Of a stretch of DNA of 64,000 nt, positions 41,406 to 51,438 are shown piece after piece. This stretch comes from Planctomycetota bacterium (lineage in GTDB: Bacteria; Planctomycetota; UBA11346): positions 1 to 64,000 of the forward strand of contig JBBRLJ010000026.1 of assembly GCA_038231435.1 (NCBI GenBank). Reading direction: 5' to 3'. A model generated the notes under the pieces. It made no database searches, was not told the origin of the DNA, and saw only the letters and a program-made list of their open reading frames with translations. Every line of letters starts with the position of its first letter. Positions within the stretch are counted from its first letter, which is position 1. The position numbers and the translations under genes are program-made.

Positions 41406-42179
41406 GTGCTGACCTTCTCTACCGCCACCCACCGCGATCTGCTCGATGTCCAGGATCGCCTGCGTCCGCGGCTGCGCGCAGCGACCACCCTCGAGGGCGC
41501 CGCCCGCGAGGCCATCCAGGCCATCTACACTGAATTCAGTAGCAGCGTGGTGCTGGCGAGAATGTTCGTCACCCTGCCGTTCGGCAAGCTTCCCGAAGAT
41601 CTGCGTCGCGCGGCCTGGGAGATCGTCGAGGCCCAGGGCCTGCACGCCTCGGTGCGCGACCATACCCCGGTGCTCACCCTGCTGAGCACCTGCGGCAAGA
41701 ACGAGGACTGGCGCGACCGTCGGCGTTCGCGCGGCCACGCGGCGATCCCGTTGTGCTCGGCAAGCTTCGTCGACTCGATCCCGATGGTCGCGCGCATGCT
41801 GCAGGAGATGGGCGTCGATCTCGGCCTACGCGCCGATCCGGATCCGTTCGCCCAGAAGGTGCTCAGCGCGGGCTGGGTCGGCCTGTTCCATGTCGAGGAT
41901 GCGCGCAGCGCGCGCGACGACCTCGGCCGGCGGATCATCCCCGCCAGCGATTTCGTCGACACCTACAGCGTGCGCACGGTCTTCGGCCTGGGCAAGGCCT
42001 ACGGCAACGGATCGATCGCCAACTTCGTGGTCTTCACCAATGCAATCGTCGGACGTGATCGCCTCGAGGCGCTGGTGCCATTCGTCAACGCCTTCAAGGC
42101 CGCGACGCTCGACCTAGTGTCCGCTGGCTCCTTCTTCGACCCGGCGGCCGCGACCGGATCCTCGCCAAGTCCGACGTAA
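41406..42179 (+). CDS. Conserved hypothetical protein (possible GAF-like sensory domain)
   Basis: Long GC3-biased ORF; VLARMFVTLPF, WRDRRRSRGHAAIPL, IIPASDFVDTYSVRTVFGLG. Confidence 0.7.
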   Translation: MLTFSTATHRDLLDVQDRLRPRLRAATTLEGAAREAIQAIYTEFSSSVVLARMFVTLPFGKLPEDLRRAAWEIVEAQGLHASVRDHTPVLTLLSTCGKNEDWRDRRRSRGHAAIPLCSASFVDSIPMVARMLQEMGVDLGLRADPDPFAQKVLSAGWVGLFHVEDARSARDDLGRRIIPASDFVDTYSVRTVFGLGKAYGNGSIANFVVFTNAIVGRDRLEALVPFVNAFKAATLDLVSAGSFFDPAAATGSSPSPT

Positions 42180-42346
42180 GCGGCATCTGCCAGCGGCCAG
42201 CGGCCTGAAAGAAGCGTCTCGCACATGCGAGACTCCCGCTTGGTCGGTCGGCGACACGGATTCTCGTCCATTTGCATCGCTTCCTGCCCAGGTAGGGTTT
42301 CCGCACCTGTCCGTCGCCGACGACGGCAGCCTGACGAAAGCCCACC

Positions 42347-43765
42347 ATGGATGCCTCGACGTACGATCTGGTGGTCATCGGCGGCGGTCCCGCCGGCAAC
42401 AGCGCGGCGCTGATCGCCGCGGCGTTCGGCAAGCGCGTGGCCCTGATCGAGATGGCGGCGGAAGTAGGCGGCGCCGGCATCAACACCGGCACCATCCCGA
42501 GCAAGACGCTGCGCGAGAACGCCCTGGTCATCGCCGGCGGACGCCAGCGCGCCCTGACCTGCATCGAGATGCGGGTGAAACCGCAAGCGACGTTGGAGTC
42601 GCTCACCCAGCAGGTGAGCGGTGTCGAGCATTCGATGCGCAAGGAATGGGAATCGCGCCTCGACCAGCGCGAGGTGACCGTCATGAAGGGCAAGGCGCGC
42701 TTCACCGACGACCACACCATCGAGGTCAGCGGAGCGTCGGGCGTCACCAGCGTGCGCGGCGAGAAGATCGTGGTCAGCACCGGTTCGTCTCCTGTCCGGC
42801 CGCCCGGGTTCGACTTCGCTCATCCGCGCATCCACGATTCGAATGAGATCCTGATGATCACCGAGCTGCCTCAGCGCCTGGCGGTGGTTGGCGCTGGCGT
42901 GATCGGCGCCGAATACGCCTGCACCTTTGCCACGCTCGGCGTCGAGGTGCATCTCATCGACGGTCGCGACGCGCTGATGCCGTTCCTCGACCGCGACATC
43001 TCCGGAGCGATCGCCGCTGGCATGGCCGCGGCCGGCATCCGTTTCCACTGGAAGGAGGTGGTGCTCAGCTGCACCACCTCGGCCGGCGGAGACATCGACA
43101 TCGAGCTGTCCTCGGGCGCCAAGCTGCTGGTCACCGACGTGCTGGTGGCGGCGGGGCGCAGCAGCAACACCGACGGCCTCGGCCTGGAAGCCGCCGGCGT
43201 CGCGCTCGGCAAGCGCGGCCTGGTGCCGGTGAACACCTGGTACCAGACCGCGGTGCCGCACATCTACGCCGCCGGCGACGTGGTGGGCCCGCCTTCGCTG
43301 GCGGCGACCAGCATGGAGCAGGCACGCGTGGCGGTGTGCCACGCCTTCGGACTGATGAAGAAGGAGTTGCCGCCGCTCCTGCCCACCGGCATCTACACCA
43401 TCCCCGAGGCGGGCACCATCGGCGCGACCGAGGAGGAGCTCATCGCCGCCGGCACGCCGTACGTCGTCGGCCGCGCCCCCTATCGCCTGAACCCGCGCGG
43501 GCGCATCATCGGCGACCACCACGGACTGCTGAAGCTGCTCTTCCACCGCGACAACAACCTGCTGCTCGGCGTCCACGTGGTCGGCGAGCAGGCCACCGAA
43601 CTGGTGCACATCGGCATGATGGCGATGCTGTGCGGCTGCACCGACGACATCTTCGCCCGCGCCTGCTTCAACTACCCGACGCTCGGCGACCTCTACAAGT
43701 ACGCCACCTACGACGCCTCGATGGCCCGCCGCGGCGACATCAAGCAGCTGACGCTGCCGGACTGA
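42347..43765 (+). CDS. sthA: Soluble pyridine nucleotide transhydrogenase (Si-specific)
   Basis: GGGPAG, GGAGINTGTIPSKTLRE (no redox CxxxxC), GAGVIG.EYA, PTGIYTIPE, FNYPTL..YK. Confidence 0.88.
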   Translation: MDASTYDLVVIGGGPAGNSAALIAAAFGKRVALIEMAAEVGGAGINTGTIPSKTLRENALVIAGGRQRALTCIEMRVKPQATLESLTQQVSGVEHSMRKEWESRLDQREVTVMKGKARFTDDHTIEVSGASGVTSVRGEKIVVSTGSSPVRPPGFDFAHPRIHDSNEILMITELPQRLAVVGAGVIGAEYACTFATLGVEVHLIDGRDALMPFLDRDISGAIAAGMAAAGIRFHWKEVVLSCTTSAGGDIDIELSSGAKLLVTDVLVAAGRSSNTDGLGLEAAGVALGKRGLVPVNTWYQTAVPHIYAAGDVVGPPSLAATSMEQARVAVCHAFGLMKKELPPLLPTGIYTIPEAGTIGATEEELIAAGTPYVVGRAPYRLNPRGRIIGDHHGLLKLLFHRDNNLLLGVHVVGEQATELVHIGMMAMLCGCTDDIFARACFNYPTLGDLYKYATYDASMARRGDIKQLTLPD

Positions 43766-43801
43766 TGCTGCCGGACGGAAGGCGGCGACCATGGCGCGCG
43801 T

Positions 43802-46800
43802 TCACAGCGCGCCGTCGTCGTACCAGCGGTCGCTGAGCAACGCGCGCGGGTGCCCGCGATGCGCGACCACGGTTCCGCAATGGCTGGCATAGGTGGAGAC
43901 GAAATCGTCGAACACGCGGTCGAGCGCCAGACCGTGTCGGTTGGTATAGGTACGGAAGGCCAGGATCCCCTCCGGAGTCAGCGCCAGGAGCCGACGGCCG
44001 ACGACGTTGCCGCCCGCCTCTCGCGCCCATGCCACCGTCTTGTCGACGTCGATCGCGTTCGATACCGCGCTCCAGGCGTTGATGCCGCGCAGCGACAGGC
44101 ACGAGGCGAAGCCGTATTCGCCCATGAACAGGATCTCGAACGGATCGGATTCGACCGAGAGGGTCAGCGAGCCCTCGTAGTCCGAATCGGGCGTCTGCTC
44201 GGCGAGACGCACGCGCTCGAGGTTCATCTGCACCTCCTGCATCAGCTCCGGATCCGGCGGCTGCCTGGGTCGGCGCGCGCCTGCCGCATCCTCATCCGGG
44301 GTTTCCTCTCGCGCTGGAATCCCAGCCGCCAGCGCGGCGAAGGCCGCGGCCAGCTCCTCGTAGTCCTCAGCGGCGAGGCCTTCGGCTCCGGCACGCTCGA
44401 GCAGCGCGCGCGTCTGGGCGAGATCGGCCTTGATGCGCCGACGCTTCTCGGCCTGCGAATCCTTGGCGCGGTACTGCACCTGCTTGCTGAACGGGGCGCG
44501 CCAGCGCTCGAGCGTGATCCCTGGCCGCGCCTCGCGCACGCGTGTCGCCCAGGCCAGCGCCGCGGGCTCGTCGCGCAGCCAGGCGTGCTCGCGGCCGGCG
44601 ATGCGGTCCTCGATCAGGCGGCGCAGCCAGCGGGTGTTCTCGGGCAGGTTGCCGATCGCCTGGAACCACAGGAACGCGGGAAGGATCTTCGCCTCGACCC
44701 GCTCGATGTCGACGTCGCGCCCGAGCACGTCGCGGACGCGGTTGCGATAGAGCACCATGCGCGAGCGCTCGACCGCCGCGACCGCGATCGCCGTCGCCTC
44801 GGCGCGCAGCGAGTCGCGCAGCGTCTTGGCGAGGTCCTTCTTCTCGCGCTTGAGCAGCGCCCGCGCATCCGATGACAGCGCCGCGGCCGCGCCGTCCCCG
44901 GGATCGGCGAGCGCGAGCCGATACGCCGGATCCGACCAGCACGCGAGCTGCCGGCGCAGCGATGCCAGCCGCTCCTCGAGCCCACGGCGCTTGCCCGGGT
45001 CGGAGGCCGCGATGCGGGCGGCGATCACCGAGGCTTCGCCATCGGCAGCGGCGGCGCGCGCGGCGAAGGCCTCGAGCGGCCCCGGCTTGGTCGGCGCGTC
45101 GAAGCGCCGACGCAGCTCGGCGACCAGGCTGTGCAGTCCGGACAACTCGGCGTCGGCGGACAGGAACCCCACGCTGGGCGGAAAGGGGTGATCCGGCGGA
45201 TGACCGATGTCGAACTTGCGCAGGAACTCCTCGTGCTCGGCTCCGGTCGCGCACAGGTAGTGCAGTTGGAAGGCGCCTTCGAGGTAGCTCTCCGCCGAGG
45301 CCGTCGACACCGCGTCGTCGCCAGAACTGTCGATGATGAACATCAGGAAGTCCCAGATCGGCGAGAACTTCTCGGACTCCTCTCCGTCGGCGCCACGGCG
45401 ATGCGGCGGGATCTTCCGCCACAGCACCACCGTGGCCGCGTAGCGCAGCGCCTCGAGCAGCACCTGGCGGCGCGCGCGCAGCTTCTGCCTGAACATGATC
45501 GCCATCAGCGCGCGAGCGCGGCGCGAGCCCACGCGCGGCGGTTCGCGCAGTGCCTGCTCGAGGCCCGAGCGGATGTGCGCCGCTTCCGAGATCGCGATCA
45601 GCGACTCCATCTCCTCGGCGCGCACGAACGAGCGGTTCACCGGCTCAAGCGCCAGGCATTCGAAGAGCGCGAGCGTGCACTCGCGGGTGAATTCCGGCCG
45701 CAGGCCGAGCAGTGTCTTGAAGAAGCCGAAGGCGAAGTTGGTGGCGTGGGGGATGTTGCGCAGCGCCGCGTCGACCTCGGAAACGCCGATGAGCTCGGGG
45801 CGCTCCTTCGCGCAGCGGTGGAGGAAGTCGTAGGCGCCGTACGCGTCGGCCGCGAATCCGGCGCACAGCGCTTGGACGACATCCGGCCGCACCAGGGCGA
45901 TGGCATCGTGCTGGAACGAGTACTTCACGCTGTGGATGCCCGGTTTCGGAAAGCGCAGGACCAACGCCACATAGCGATCGAAGAGAGCGCGCGCACGCTG
46001 CGGATGCACGTCGATCAGGCGCCTGAGGATGGTCAGCAAGGTTCCCGGCTCCGTCACAGCCAGCGCGCCGAGCGCATCGAGCATCGCGTCGTCGAAGAGC
46101 TCGGGACGCGCGTGCGCCGCGCCGGCGAAGAACTTCCAGCCAGCCTCGGGCGCTGCCGGCAGGTGCGCTCGCACCGCCGCCACCAGCTCGGGCACCTGCA
46201 GCGCCCCCTGATCCGCCGCGACCGCCGCGATGGCCTCGAGCGAGGCGGCGGGATGCTCGGCGACGACACGCAGCACCGAGGCGATCAGCACCGACGCTTC
46301 ATCCGGGCGATGCCCGGCGAGGCTCAGCAGCGCCACACCGTGGCTCTTCGGCGCCGCCGTGCGATGCCGCTCCATCCAGGCGAGATGCTCGGAAAGGATC
46401 AATGCAGGCCGGTACATCGCCGCCGATTCGCAGATGCCCCAGGCCCCCTCCGGCGAGCTCGCGCCATGCTCGGCCACCGCGGCGAGCCAGCTCGCATCGA
46501 GCAGCGCGCAGTATTCGTGGAGGTTGTAGCCGGCGGTGTCCAGCGCGGGGGCGGTGAACCGGGGCAGCAGCGCGAGATAGCGCCCGACCAACGCTTCGCG
46601 CCGCTCGGCATCCTTGGCGGCGACGTCCAGCAGCAGTGCGAAGAAGCTCGCCGGCGCCTCGGCCATGCGGCGCTGCAGGGCTTCCAGCGTATCGTCGTCG
46701 ACCAGGTACGGCCGGACACGGGCGTTGTCGCGGATCCGGTTCCAGCCCTCGCCGCCCGACCGGTCCAGGTACTCGTCGAGCGTCGACACGGCGGCGTCTC

Positions 46801-46855
46801 CGCGGCGCCCATGGCGATCGGACTGCAGGATCTGGAGCAGGAACGCGTCCGCCAT
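43802..46855 (-). CDS. Large hypothetical protein (1017 aa): alpha-solenoid N-terminus, coiled coils, conserved C-terminal alpha/beta domain
   Basis: Long ORF with strong GC3; HEAT-like repeats (RPEL, RPDV, RPEF); C-terminal MGEYGFASCLS...NAIDVDK...GRRLL...Y. Confidence 0.8.
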   Translation of the reverse strand: MADAFLLQILQSDRHGRRGDAAVSTLDEYLDRSGGEGWNRIRDNARVRPYLVDDDTLEALQRRMAEAPASFFALLLDVAAKDAERREALVGRYLALLPRFTAPALDTAGYNLHEYCALLDASWLAAVAEHGASSPEGAWGICESAAMYRPALILSEHLAWMERHRTAAPKSHGVALLSLAGHRPDEASVLIASVLRVVAEHPAASLEAIAAVAADQGALQVPELVAAVRAHLPAAPEAGWKFFAGAAHARPELFDDAMLDALGALAVTEPGTLLTILRRLIDVHPQRARALFDRYVALVLRFPKPGIHSVKYSFQHDAIALVRPDVVQALCAGFAADAYGAYDFLHRCAKERPELIGVSEVDAALRNIPHATNFAFGFFKTLLGLRPEFTRECTLALFECLALEPVNRSFVRAEEMESLIAISEAAHIRSGLEQALREPPRVGSRRARALMAIMFRQKLRARRQVLLEALRYAATVVLWRKIPPHRRGADGEESEKFSPIWDFLMFIIDSSGDDAVSTASAESYLEGAFQLHYLCATGAEHEEFLRKFDIGHPPDHPFPPSVGFLSADAELSGLHSLVAELRRRFDAPTKPGPLEAFAARAAAADGEASVIAARIAASDPGKRRGLEERLASLRRQLACWSDPAYRLALADPGDGAAAALSSDARALLKREKKDLAKTLRDSLRAEATAIAVAAVERSRMVLYRNRVRDVLGRDVDIERVEAKILPAFLWFQAIGNLPENTRWLRRLIEDRIAGREHAWLRDEPAALAWATRVREARPGITLERWRAPFSKQVQYRAKDSQAEKRRRIKADLAQTRALLERAGAEGLAAEDYEELAAAFAALAAGIPAREETPDEDAAGARRPRQPPDPELMQEVQMNLERVRLAEQTPDSDYEGSLTLSVESDPFEILFMGEYGFASCLSLRGINAWSAVSNAIDVDKTVAWAREAGGNVVGRRLLALTPEGILAFRTYTNRHGLALDRVFDDFVSTYASHCGTVVAHRGHPRALLSDRWYDDGAL

Positions 46856-47017
46856 GGCTCGGGATCGTCGCTGGAATCCACCGCCATGCCATCGTCAGGC
46901 CGCGGGCATGGGCGTCCGTCGTGCGTCGTCCCACGGACGACGCAGGATTTCTTCCCCACCTTGCGCCCCAATCCACCGCGCGATGCTCGGCGCGCGGAGC
47001 GCTGTCCGCTGGAGCCC

Positions 47018-47470
47018 ATGCCGACGATCTACATCGACGCCGACGCCTGCCCGGTGAAGGACGAGACCTATCGCATCGCCAAGCGCCATGGCCTGGTGGT
47101 GATCGTGGTCGCGAACTCGTGGATGAACATGCCCAACGACACCCAGGTGCGCCTCGAAGTGGTGGGCGACGGCTTCGACGCCGCCGATGACTGGATCGCC
47201 GAGCGCTCCGGCCGCGCCGACATCGTCATCACCGAGGACATCCCTCTGGCCGCGCGCTGCATCGCCGCGGGCGCGCGGGTACTCACCGGACGAGGTGTGA
47301 TCCATGACGAGAGCTCGATCGGAAGCGCGCTGGCGACCCGCGAGCTGATGCAGTACTTGCGCGACGCCGGGACCATGAAGGGCGGGCAGAAGCCGATGCA
47401 GGATCGCGATCGGGCGCTCTATGCGCGTGAGCTGGAGCGGCTGGTCAACGAGGTGAAGCGCGCGGGCTGA
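47018..47470 (+). CDS. yaiI: YaiI/YqxD (UPF0178) family protein
   Basis: IYIDADACPVKDE, FDAADDWIA, DIVITEDIPLA; GGAG RBS. Confidence 0.92.
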   Translation: MPTIYIDADACPVKDETYRIAKRHGLVVIVVANSWMNMPNDTQVRLEVVGDGFDAADDWIAERSGRADIVITEDIPLAARCIAAGARVLTGRGVIHDESSIGSALATRELMQYLRDAGTMKGGQKPMQDRDRALYARELERLVNEVKRAG

Positions 47471-47532
47471 CTGCCGCGCGCTTCAGCTTATTGAATCTCT
47501 TGGACGAGCCGATCCGCGCGCCAAGGACGGGC

Positions 47533-48165
47533 TCACGGCGGAGCGGTGATCCATTCGCCGGTGCCGTCGATCGTGCTCAGGCTGCGGCGGGTGAATTCCT
47601 TGCCGTCGGCGGTGTATTCGAAGACCAGATCGTTGCGGTAGGCCGGATCGGGGGTGCCGGCGTCGCTGCGGATGCGCACGGTGGTGGTGTAGCTGCGCGT
47701 CGAGCCGGGCACCGTGAGATTGCGCACCTGCCACAGGAAGGGTCGGTGCCAGGCGTCCATCGGATGGGTCGCGACGTCGGGGAGCGCAGGCGAGAACGGC
47801 CCGGTGCCCAGGCCGCTGCTGTCGCGCAGCAGCTGCCTGCCCGAGAACTCGATGTAGGCCGGCTTGCCATTCGCGACCGGGATGCGGTAGAGGTGCAGCC
47901 ACGGATCGCGCGCGAACTCGGTCTGGTCGGCGGCGTCGCCCAGGCTCGCGTAGTCGCCCAGGTACGCCGATACCGCGACGCCGAGATGCAGCATCAGATC
48001 CCAGGTGGCGACCTTGCGCTGCTGTTCGCGCAGCATCGCCAGGGCGGGGAGCAGCAGGCCGGCGAGCGCCGCGATGACGCTGATCACCACCAGCAGCTCG
48101 AGGATCGAGAAGCCACGGCGGGAGCGATTCCGGCCATGATGTCCGGGAGCGGCACGCATGGTCAT
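47533..48165 (-). CDS. Type IV pilin/pseudopilin-like protein 8 (GspG-like, 210 aa)
   Basis: RRG|FSILELLVVISVIAALAGLLLP; DAWHRPF; RSDAG. Confidence 0.88.
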   Translation of the reverse strand: MTMRAAPGHHGRNRSRRGFSILELLVVISVIAALAGLLLPALAMLREQQRKVATWDLMLHLGVAVSAYLGDYASLGDAADQTEFARDPWLHLYRIPVANGKPAYIEFSGRQLLRDSSGLGTGPFSPALPDVATHPMDAWHRPFLWQVRNLTVPGSTRSYTTTVRIRSDAGTPDPAYRNDLVFEYTADGKEFTRRSLSTIDGTGEWITAPP

Positions 48166-49229
48166 TTCACCTCGATGGGCGCGGACATCAGGCCGATGGC
48201 CTTGCGCGATGGGGAGACCCGCGAGATGCCCTTGCGCACCCCCGACCACGGCGCGGTCTTCACCGCGTTCTCGTCCCACAGGTATTTCGGTTCCGATGGC
48301 GGCATGCAGATCGCGGTGGTCTGTTCCCACATCGCTGTGAGCGTGGGGTACCACTGCCCGACCACGTTGCTCGCGTCCGGCGGCACCTTGCCGCCGGGGA
48401 TCTTGACATCGTCGAGCGCCGGACCGGCCGAGGCGGCGACGATGTAGGTGGAGCGGTTGTACTGGTACATCTCGGCGGCCTGCTGCAGGTAGTGGTCGTT
48501 GGCGAAGCGCTTGCGGCCGTCGGAGAGCGTGTCGGCGCGGTTGCATTCGGGCGGCTGGAACAGCGCGTAGGACATCAGCAACGGATTGCCCCAGGCATCG
48601 TTCCACGGCCGCTTGGTCGAGCGGTCGGTATAATAGGTGGTGACGTCGGTGATGATGCCGGCGACCTTGAGGATCTCGGCCGACTTGCGCGGCCAGAACT
48701 CGGCCAGGTTGTGCTTCTCGGGCACTCGCCAGGCGGCGGCATCCGCGACGGTGACGCTCGGATCCGGCAACGTCAGCGGACCGGCGTACCACGGCTCGTG
48801 GATCTCGTACAGGCGCGGCTGGCCCCAGGGATAGGCCATCACCAGCGGCGCGCCGGGGCTGGGCACGACGATCACCGGATTGCCGGAGCCGGTGGCGGTG
48901 GTCTTCGGATAGCAGTCGTGCCACAGCGTACCGACCGGATCGGGCATGACGGTGGGAGTATTGGCGACGATCCGGCGCACGAAGGTCTGGGTTCCCGCGA
49001 GGCCCGCATCGCGCTGCAGCGACGGCGTGGCGAGGTTTCCCGAGCCCTGCCCGAGTTGCGCGACCGCCTGCAGCGCGCCCTCGATGCGGCTGATGGTCAG
49101 GATCACCTGCGCACGTTCGCGCGCGGCGATCAAGGCGCCGAGGATGAGCCCGGCGAGGATCGCGATGATCGAGAGCACGATCACGATCTCGACCAATGTG
49201 AAGCCGCGCCTGGTCGCTGCGGATCTCAT
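48162..49229 (-). CDS. Type IV pilin/pseudopilin-like protein 7 (GspG-like, 355 aa)
   Basis: RRG|FTLVEIVIVLSIIAILAGL; DAWGNPL; SAGP. Confidence 0.9.
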   Translation of the reverse strand: MRSAATRRGFTLVEIVIVLSIIAILAGLILGALIAARERAQVILTISRIEGALQAVAQLGQGSGNLATPSLQRDAGLAGTQTFVRRIVANTPTVMPDPVGTLWHDCYPKTTATGSGNPVIVVPSPGAPLVMAYPWGQPRLYEIHEPWYAGPLTLPDPSVTVADAAAWRVPEKHNLAEFWPRKSAEILKVAGIITDVTTYYTDRSTKRPWNDAWGNPLLMSYALFQPPECNRADTLSDGRKRFANDHYLQQAAEMYQYNRSTYIVAASAGPALDDVKIPGGKVPPDASNVVGQWYPTLTAMWEQTTAICMPPSEPKYLWDENAVKTAPWSGVRKGISRVSPSRKAIGLMSAPIEVK

Positions 49230-50209
49230 TTGAGGTCCCCGCCAGCGACCAGCTGGACGTTGTCGTGGCCCGCGTCGAGATCGTCACCGGAAAACGTGGT
49301 GGCGTCGGCGGCGGTCTCGATCGTGGCGTTGTGGCCGGGATTGACCCGGAAGAAGCCGTCGGGCCCCGAGCTGGTCAGGCAGATCACGCCGTTGCCGGTC
49401 AGGCTGTAGAGGATCTCGCGGCCCCAGGCGTCGTAGATGGCGATGCCGCGCAGGCGGTAGCCGCTGCGGCTGCTGGTGTCGGGGTTGGTGAATGTCGAGC
49501 CCTTCCATGCCGAGGAGGCGCCGGCGGCCTCGGGTGGGATCCACACCCGGCCGCCGGCTCCGGACACGCCCTTTGATTCGTCGGCCTCGCTCAGCGCACC
49601 GAGCTTCTGCAATTCGGTGAGGGCGTTGCCGCGATTGAGGGCGAACTGCACGGCCTGCGATGAATCACCAGGCGTGGCCAACGACGACACCAGGCAGTCG
49701 AGGTTGGGATAGGCGACGATGTCGTCGGGATTGGCGATCACCGCCGTCGCGACCGACGGCAGCGGCAGGCGGCGGTACTTCTGCACCTCCTTGAGTGAGG
49801 CGCCGAGCACGCCGAGATCGCTGCGGCGCACGCCGAACAGCGCCGGCACGCGCGGATCCGCGAAACGATCGTCGGGCAGCATCAGGCGCGGCTGGAACGC
49901 GGCGGGCAGGTTCACGGCTGGCACGCCGGTGAGCGCCAGGCCGGCGGTGGCCAGGGCGGTGGCGCCGCGCGTGAAGATGAAGCGCGGCTCGGCGCTGCCG
50001 GCGAGCGGGTGCTCGGCCGGGGCTAGCGCGCCGCCGCGCTCCATGCGCTGCAGCTCGAGGCCCTGCAGCACGATGGTGAGGATCGCCGAGGTCTTCTGCG
50101 ACTTGGCGTTCTTCATCATCGCGCTGGAGCCGATGATCATCATGCCCGTGAGCAGGCTGATGATGGTGATCACGACCAGGACCTCGATCAGCGTGAAGGC
50201 GTGGCGCAT
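49226..50209 (-). CDS. Type IV pilin/pseudopilin-like protein 6 (GspG-like, 327 aa)
   Basis: MRHA|FTLIEVLVVITIISLL; DAWGREILY; SSGPDG...DNV. Confidence 0.9.
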   Translation of the reverse strand: MRHAFTLIEVLVVITIISLLTGMMIIGSSAMMKNAKSQKTSAILTIVLQGLELQRMERGGALAPAEHPLAGSAEPRFIFTRGATALATAGLALTGVPAVNLPAAFQPRLMLPDDRFADPRVPALFGVRRSDLGVLGASLKEVQKYRRLPLPSVATAVIANPDDIVAYPNLDCLVSSLATPGDSSQAVQFALNRGNALTELQKLGALSEADESKGVSGAGGRVWIPPEAAGASSAWKGSTFTNPDTSSRSGYRLRGIAIYDAWGREILYSLTGNGVICLTSSGPDGFFRVNPGHNATIETAADATTFSGDDLDAGHDNVQLVAGGDLK

Positions 50210-51438
50210 CACCAGTTCCCCGGGGATTTCAGCAGGCGTTGGATGTAGCGGATGGTGCCGCCGTAGTTGCGCGGTTCGGGAGTGGAGAGGCCATCGCAAT
50301 AGATGTCCTGGCCCCAGGTGCGCGAATAGTTGATCGGCACGCCGGTGGTCCAGGTGTCGTTGGGCTGGCGGCCGATGCTCATCTTGCCCGGGTCGGGCGG
50401 GAATGGCCCGGGATTGTTCTCGTCGATCTTGGCGAAGTACGGGATGTAGTGGTCGAGCTCGCCGCCGCCCACCGCGGGGCTCCATTCGACGCGGTACCAG
50501 CGCCGCAGCTCGCCGGCCTGGAGGATCTCGAAGAGGCCCTGGCTGTTGGCGAACAAGTCGGTGGCGGTCTCGCTCACTACCTCGGCCCAGTCTTTGAAGC
50601 CCATCGTGCCGCCAGCGCCGGTGGTGACGATGAAGGTGGCTCCGGCTGGCCCGGCGTTCGCGGGCCGATCGCTCTCGTCGCCGTATTCGCGGTAGAGGCG
50701 GAACCACGCCAGGCCGTTCGACCCGGGCACGTCGCCCGCGTCGCCCTTTGCCCACATCGCACGCTGGTCGGCGACCGTCGGGCTGCCGATCACGTACGGA
50801 GGCGCGCTGTCATCGGTGACCGGCTTGGGATCGACGTTGACCAGGAACGGGATGCCGAAGGTCTCGGGCACCGCCGGGTCGGTGGGGATCGGATTCTGGC
50901 ACATGCGTTGCTCGACCGCGAATGGCGGACGCTTCCAGCGGTACATCGGCGCGCGTATGTGCGTGCGCCGCGCCGGCCAAGTTCCCGCGGTCCACAGCTT
51001 GGCGCCGGTCTTGTCGCGCGGCCCGAGCAGGTACGGGGCGCCGCGGGTGCCAGGCGTGATGTCGGCGGCTTGGCCGATCTCGGCGGGATCGCGGGGATCG
51101 ATCCAGCCCCAGGCTTCGCGCGGATCCAGGCAGGAGCCGTCGGCATTCATCTTGGCGTAGCCGAGGCGCGAGGCCTCGCACAGATAGGCCATGGCGGCGT
51201 GGAGCATGACCCGGCACTGCACGGTGCGCAGCAGCACGTCGGCCTGCTGGGCCTCGCCGCGCATGCGCACCAGGAAGGCGACCGCGAGCATGACGATCAT
51301 GCACACCATGCCCGCGACCAGCAGCAGCAGCGCGCCGCGCCTGGTTGGCGATGGCGATGGCGATCCCATTGCCGATGGCCGACGTGGCAGGATCACGTGG
51401 ACGGTCGCTGCGCGCTCGGGCATGGTCGTGTCATCCAT
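50209..51438 (-). CDS. PilX/GspK-like minor pilin (409 aa)
   Basis: RRG|ALLLLVAGMV lacks Glu+5, the hallmark of GspK/PilX; it sits directly after the J-like gene. Confidence 0.8.
   Translation of the reverse strand: MDDTTMPERAATVHVILPRRPSAMGSPSPSPTRRGALLLLVAGMVCMIVMLAVAFLVRMRGEAQQADVLLRTVQCRVMLHAAMAYLCEASRLGYAKMNADGSCLDPREAWGWIDPRDPAEIGQAADITPGTRGAPYLLGPRDKTGAKLWTAGTWPARRTHIRAPMYRWKRPPFAVEQRMCQNPIPTDPAVPETFGIPFLVNVDPKPVTDDSAPPYVIGSPTVADQRAMWAKGDAGDVPGSNGLAWFRLYREYGDESDRPANAGPAGATFIVTTGAGGTMGFKDWAEVVSETATDLFANSQGLFEILQAGELRRWYRVEWSPAVGGGELDHYIPYFAKIDENNPGPFPPDPGKMSIGRQPNDTWTTGVPINYSRTWGQDIYCDGLSTPEPRNYGGTIRYIQRLLKSPGNW

Noticed and set aside
41999..43792. 597-aa minus-strand ORF and the many other long overlapping ORFs
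   Set aside because: These are antisense or shadow frames typical of high-GC DNA, overlapping well-supported genes such as sthA.
46922..46944. 10-bp hairpin TGCGTCGTCC/GGACGACGCA as a terminator
   Set aside because: It lies between divergent genes where nothing needs terminating; short GC-rich hairpins arise by chance and I cannot support a function.
45131..47017. 779-aa plus-strand ORF extending yaiI upstream
   Set aside because: It is the antisense shadow of the 1017-aa gene; YaiI similarity and an RBS start at 47018.
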